In this document: positions 61,324-64,000 of the stretch, one piece after another
Layout of the letters: each line of letters starts with the position of its first letter
How positions within the stretch are numbered: position 1 is the stretch's first letter
Assembly: GCA_963675525.2 (NCBI GenBank)
Contig: CAXXSL010000008.1
Coordinates: 128,001-192,000 of the forward strand
Direction: 5' to 3'
DNA: 64,000 bases
Origin: Anaerohalosphaeraceae bacterium
Lineage (GTDB): Bacteria; Planctomycetota; Phycisphaerae; Sedimentisphaerales; Anaerohalosphaeraceae
Notes under the pieces: generated by a model
Told to the model about the DNA's origin: nothing
Databases searched by the model: none
The model's input: only the letters and a program-made list of their open reading frames with translations
Position numbers and translations under genes: made by a program

Positions 61324-62775
61324 TTAGAACGTCCATTCCACATTGACACGGGCAAACATGGCGGCTTCATTCGTGCTGGTATCGTAATAACTGCCCGGGA
61401 GGAAATAATCCAGTAGGAACTGGGTCCGGAAGTTCTTGCAGCATTGATAGGTTAAAAGACCCGTAATCATCTGGCCGCGGAATTTACCATTACCGTATGT
61501 GGTTGTCCAGGGACCTATGCCGGAACCGGAATCTTGGTACGTATTTTCGTCAGCCCACATCAGGTTGTACTGGCTTAGCATGGTCCAATATTCGGACGGT
61601 TTAAATGAATGACCGACGCCCAAACGTTGCAGGTTCGACACTTGACCAACATTGCCTTCAGGACTCCAGATATAGGACTGTAAGTCTCCGCCGCGACCTG
61701 ATTGCGGCCAGTCGCCCCACAGTGTGTCAAATTGCTTGCTGCCGGAACTCTCCGGATCATCGCCGGAAAGGAATTCATACATGAAAAAGACTTTCGATTG
61801 CTTGTCATCATTGAAGGCATAGGTCAGTGTATTGTTGGTGCCCCAGGCTCTCATCGATTCCTCATCGAGTTTGCCCCACTGCTTGGCAGCTTCAGCACTG
61901 TATGACCAATTATCATCGAGCTTGCCTGCCAGACGTCCGCCAATGGTATGAATGTCCGCATCTCTTGTCGAAGCAGTATTGTTCCAATGCGAATTTTCAT
62001 CATTTTTGAAGATGTAGTACAATTCACGTTGTTGACCGCCACACATGTTCGTTAAGTAAAAAATGATACCTCGTTCATCCTGAAGATTTGTAACATGACG
62101 AGAGTCTTCGTGATCAAAAGGCTTCAGCCATTTTGTCTCATTGTCATACTGCTGAATGTAAATCATATCCAACTTGGTTGCGTCATTCAATTCATAGGTT
62201 CCACGAATCGCATCAAAGTAAATCGTTCGGGAGCCATCAGCCGGGGTGCCGTCCAACACCAGCCAACCGGTACCCAGAATAATGTCCTGACGACCGATGG
62301 TTAACGTCAGCGGCATATCAAAGGCATTGCGAATCTGAATGTTCATGTGGTCGAAAATGCCTTCATCAAGATCAATTTCCTGATTTAAATGCGGGGGTTT
62401 ATGCCAATCACGAAATTCCCAAACCAGACGTGTGTTAAAATCAATATCTTCACTCAACTGGTACTTCGCAGACCACCGTGCACGATACCGCCCATACTGC
62501 CAGATATTTCTGTTATGATTTTTGGCGGCGGCATCACCAAATTGCCGGTCCAGAGAAAAGAGATTCTCCGCATACACTTGTCGCAGGCGAATGTCCAGTC
62601 CCATGGTAACACCTTCCATCGGATTGTGGAAAGCCTTCATTAAATCATTGTCGACTTCATGCCAGTGCTTTGACGGCGCCTGCGCATAATCTTCGGCGGC
62701 AGCCATTACTGCAGAGGTCATACCGGCAACCATCACTGTCAATGCCATTCCCATTAAAATTCGCTTCATGCTCAT
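61324..62775 (-). CDS. Alginate-export (AlgE-like) family outer-membrane beta-barrel
   Basis: Signal peptide, LTIGRQDI..G.GWLV.DG, FDAIR, SGDDP, C-terminal VEWTF. Confidence 0.8.
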   Translation of the reverse strand: MSMKRILMGMALTVMVAGMTSAVMAAAEDYAQAPSKHWHEVDNDLMKAFHNPMEGVTMGLDIRLRQVYAENLFSLDRQFGDAAAKNHNRNIWQYGRYRARWSAKYQLSEDIDFNTRLVWEFRDWHKPPHLNQEIDLDEGIFDHMNIQIRNAFDMPLTLTIGRQDIILGTGWLVLDGTPADGSRTIYFDAIRGTYELNDATKLDMIYIQQYDNETKWLKPFDHEDSRHVTNLQDERGIIFYLTNMCGGQQRELYYIFKNDENSHWNNTASTRDADIHTIGGRLAGKLDDNWSYSAEAAKQWGKLDEESMRAWGTNNTLTYAFNDDKQSKVFFMYEFLSGDDPESSGSKQFDTLWGDWPQSGRGGDLQSYIWSPEGNVGQVSNLQRLGVGHSFKPSEYWTMLSQYNLMWADENTYQDSGSGIGPWTTTYGNGKFRGQMITGLLTYQCCKNFRTQFLLDYFLPGSYYDTSTNEAAMFARVNVEWTF

Positions 62776-62863
62776 CTGCCATTCTCCTGTTAAAATGTTT
62801 AAAGACTAATTATTACCGTTTGGTTATCCTTGTCCTTTTATTCAATACCATCAACAATATATA

Positions 62864-64000
62864 TTAAGCACCCTTGAAACATTTATCCAAATGTTCCCTT
62901 GACGGTGGTTTACTAAGGAGACTCACAACAATCGCCACGACCAGCGATATCGGTAACGCAATAACGATCGGATCGACGACAGGCCAGTTCGGCTTATCCA
63001 GTAATAATGAATGTTTTTCAAACAAGTGATAACAAAGCCCTAATGCGCGGGCTTCCTTGTCTTTGATAAAGAGCAGCCAGAATGCGGTCACCAGGAAACC
63101 GATAATCATCGACCAGATCGCTCCGGCTTTGGTCATCCGTTTCCAGAAAAGACCGCCAATGAATGCCGGCAGGAAGGTCGAGGCACACAACCCGAAAAAG
63201 ATGGCGGTCGCACGGGCAATAATATACCCGCTGCGAATGTAATAACTAAACAATACCGCCGCAACAATCCCGATGATAATCCCCACACGAGTAATCCCGA
63301 TTCCATGACCATGCTTTCCGGTAACCTGCTCGTAAACGTCACGACCAATACTGGTTCCCACGGCATGAAACTGACTGGACAGCGTACTCATTGCCGCAGA
63401 AAGCAGCGTTACCAGAAAGACCAAACCAAACCACTTGGGCATCGCACTACCAATATATGTCGGGATGATCTTACTCGTTTGACACTCGTAAACAACACGA
63501 TCGCTTCCATCAGCCCCCCCAGTCATATATTTCACGATACCCCGCATGTAAGCGGTAGCTTTGGGCTGTATTTTGACTTTCTGACCAACGAGTCCGGTCG
63601 GATCTGCTCCAGGCTCCAGCCCCTCAATAACTGCCGCAGGGGTAATCGCCGCAGCTCCTCCATATCCTTTATAAATCAGATGGGTATCCGCTTCATCATC
63701 ACCTGTGGTATCGACATGCAGCAAAACACAAGGCACAGACTTCTCATCGGGACCGATTGCCGGGTTGACCGGTGTACCATCGGGTTTGACGTTAATGCCT
63801 CGTTCCTTTTTAGCAATCACCCATGCAAATTCAGCTGGACTTGCACCAACGCCGCTGACATTTTTGAGCGTCCCTTCAACAACTTCCTTTTGAAGGAAAT
63901 AGACATTACTCAAAGAACCGACCGTGAACGCCACGCCGGTCATGATTAAAATAAAGATACCACCGACCAGTACCGCTCGATTTAATTCTTTTTTACTCTT
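62864..64000 (-). CDS. Sodium:solute symporter family protein, C-terminal part
   Basis: Frame open to the window end (KSKKELNRAVLVGG), LLSAAMSTLSSQFH, IARATAIFFGLCA, many TMs. Confidence 0.9.
   Translation of the reverse strand, partial: KSKKELNRAVLVGGIFILIMTGVAFTVGSLSNVYFLQKEVVEGTLKNVSGVGASPAEFAWVIAKKERGINVKPDGTPVNPAIGPDEKSVPCVLLHVDTTGDDEADTHLIYKGYGGAAAITPAAVIEGLEPGADPTGLVGQKVKIQPKATAYMRGIVKYMTGGADGSDRVVYECQTSKIIPTYIGSAMPKWFGLVFLVTLLSAAMSTLSSQFHAVGTSIGRDVYEQVTGKHGHGIGITRVGIIIGIVAAVLFSYYIRSGYIIARATAIFFGLCASTFLPAFIGGLFWKRMTKAGAIWSMIIGFLVTAFWLLFIKDKEARALGLCYHLFEKHSLLLDKPNWPVVDPIVIALPISLVVAIVVSLLSKPPSREHLDKCFKGA

Overview
A 64-kb bacterial chromosomal segment. It is probably from an anaerobic Planctomycetota (Phycisphaerae/Sedimentisphaerales-like). 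That placement is inferred from the PEP-CTERM proteins, the 'LAxxWL' dockerin-like modules, the YYWRVD FN3-like repeats and the orphan groES. Left to right the window holds: a type II secretion cluster (gspE-F-G-H-I-J-K-L-M-C-D, minus strand, gspD cut by the window edge) back-to-back with a moxR-DUF58-batABCDE operon; tRNA-Ala(GGC) and tRNA-Thr(TGT); argB-argD-argF-rdgB; two paralogous TonB-dependent receptors; topA-groES; three PEP-CTERM genes; an aminotransferase, an lpxR-like gene, guaA, guaB and recQ; a dockerin-bearing polysaccharide lyase cluster (one PL1, two PL9); and an aryl-acid operon (SSS symporter, porin, iorAB, paaK-ACT twice) followed by hisA. Four things stand out. (1) A ~450-bp GxxExxY nuclease gene is bounded by 36-bp inverted repeats built from 9-mers and splits a paaK-ACT pair, which suggests a minimal mobile or intervening element. 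(2) An orphan copy of the topA promoter and first 19 codons lies between the two TonB receptors, with only synonymous changes in its conserved part, which suggests a topA-anchored cassette insertion. (3) GGA-rich non-coding tracts sharing a 12-mer flank the PEP-CTERM cluster, possibly Csr-type RNAs. (4) Several junctions of the ior/paa operon carry small repeats. All calls are by-eye motif recognition; no database searches were run.
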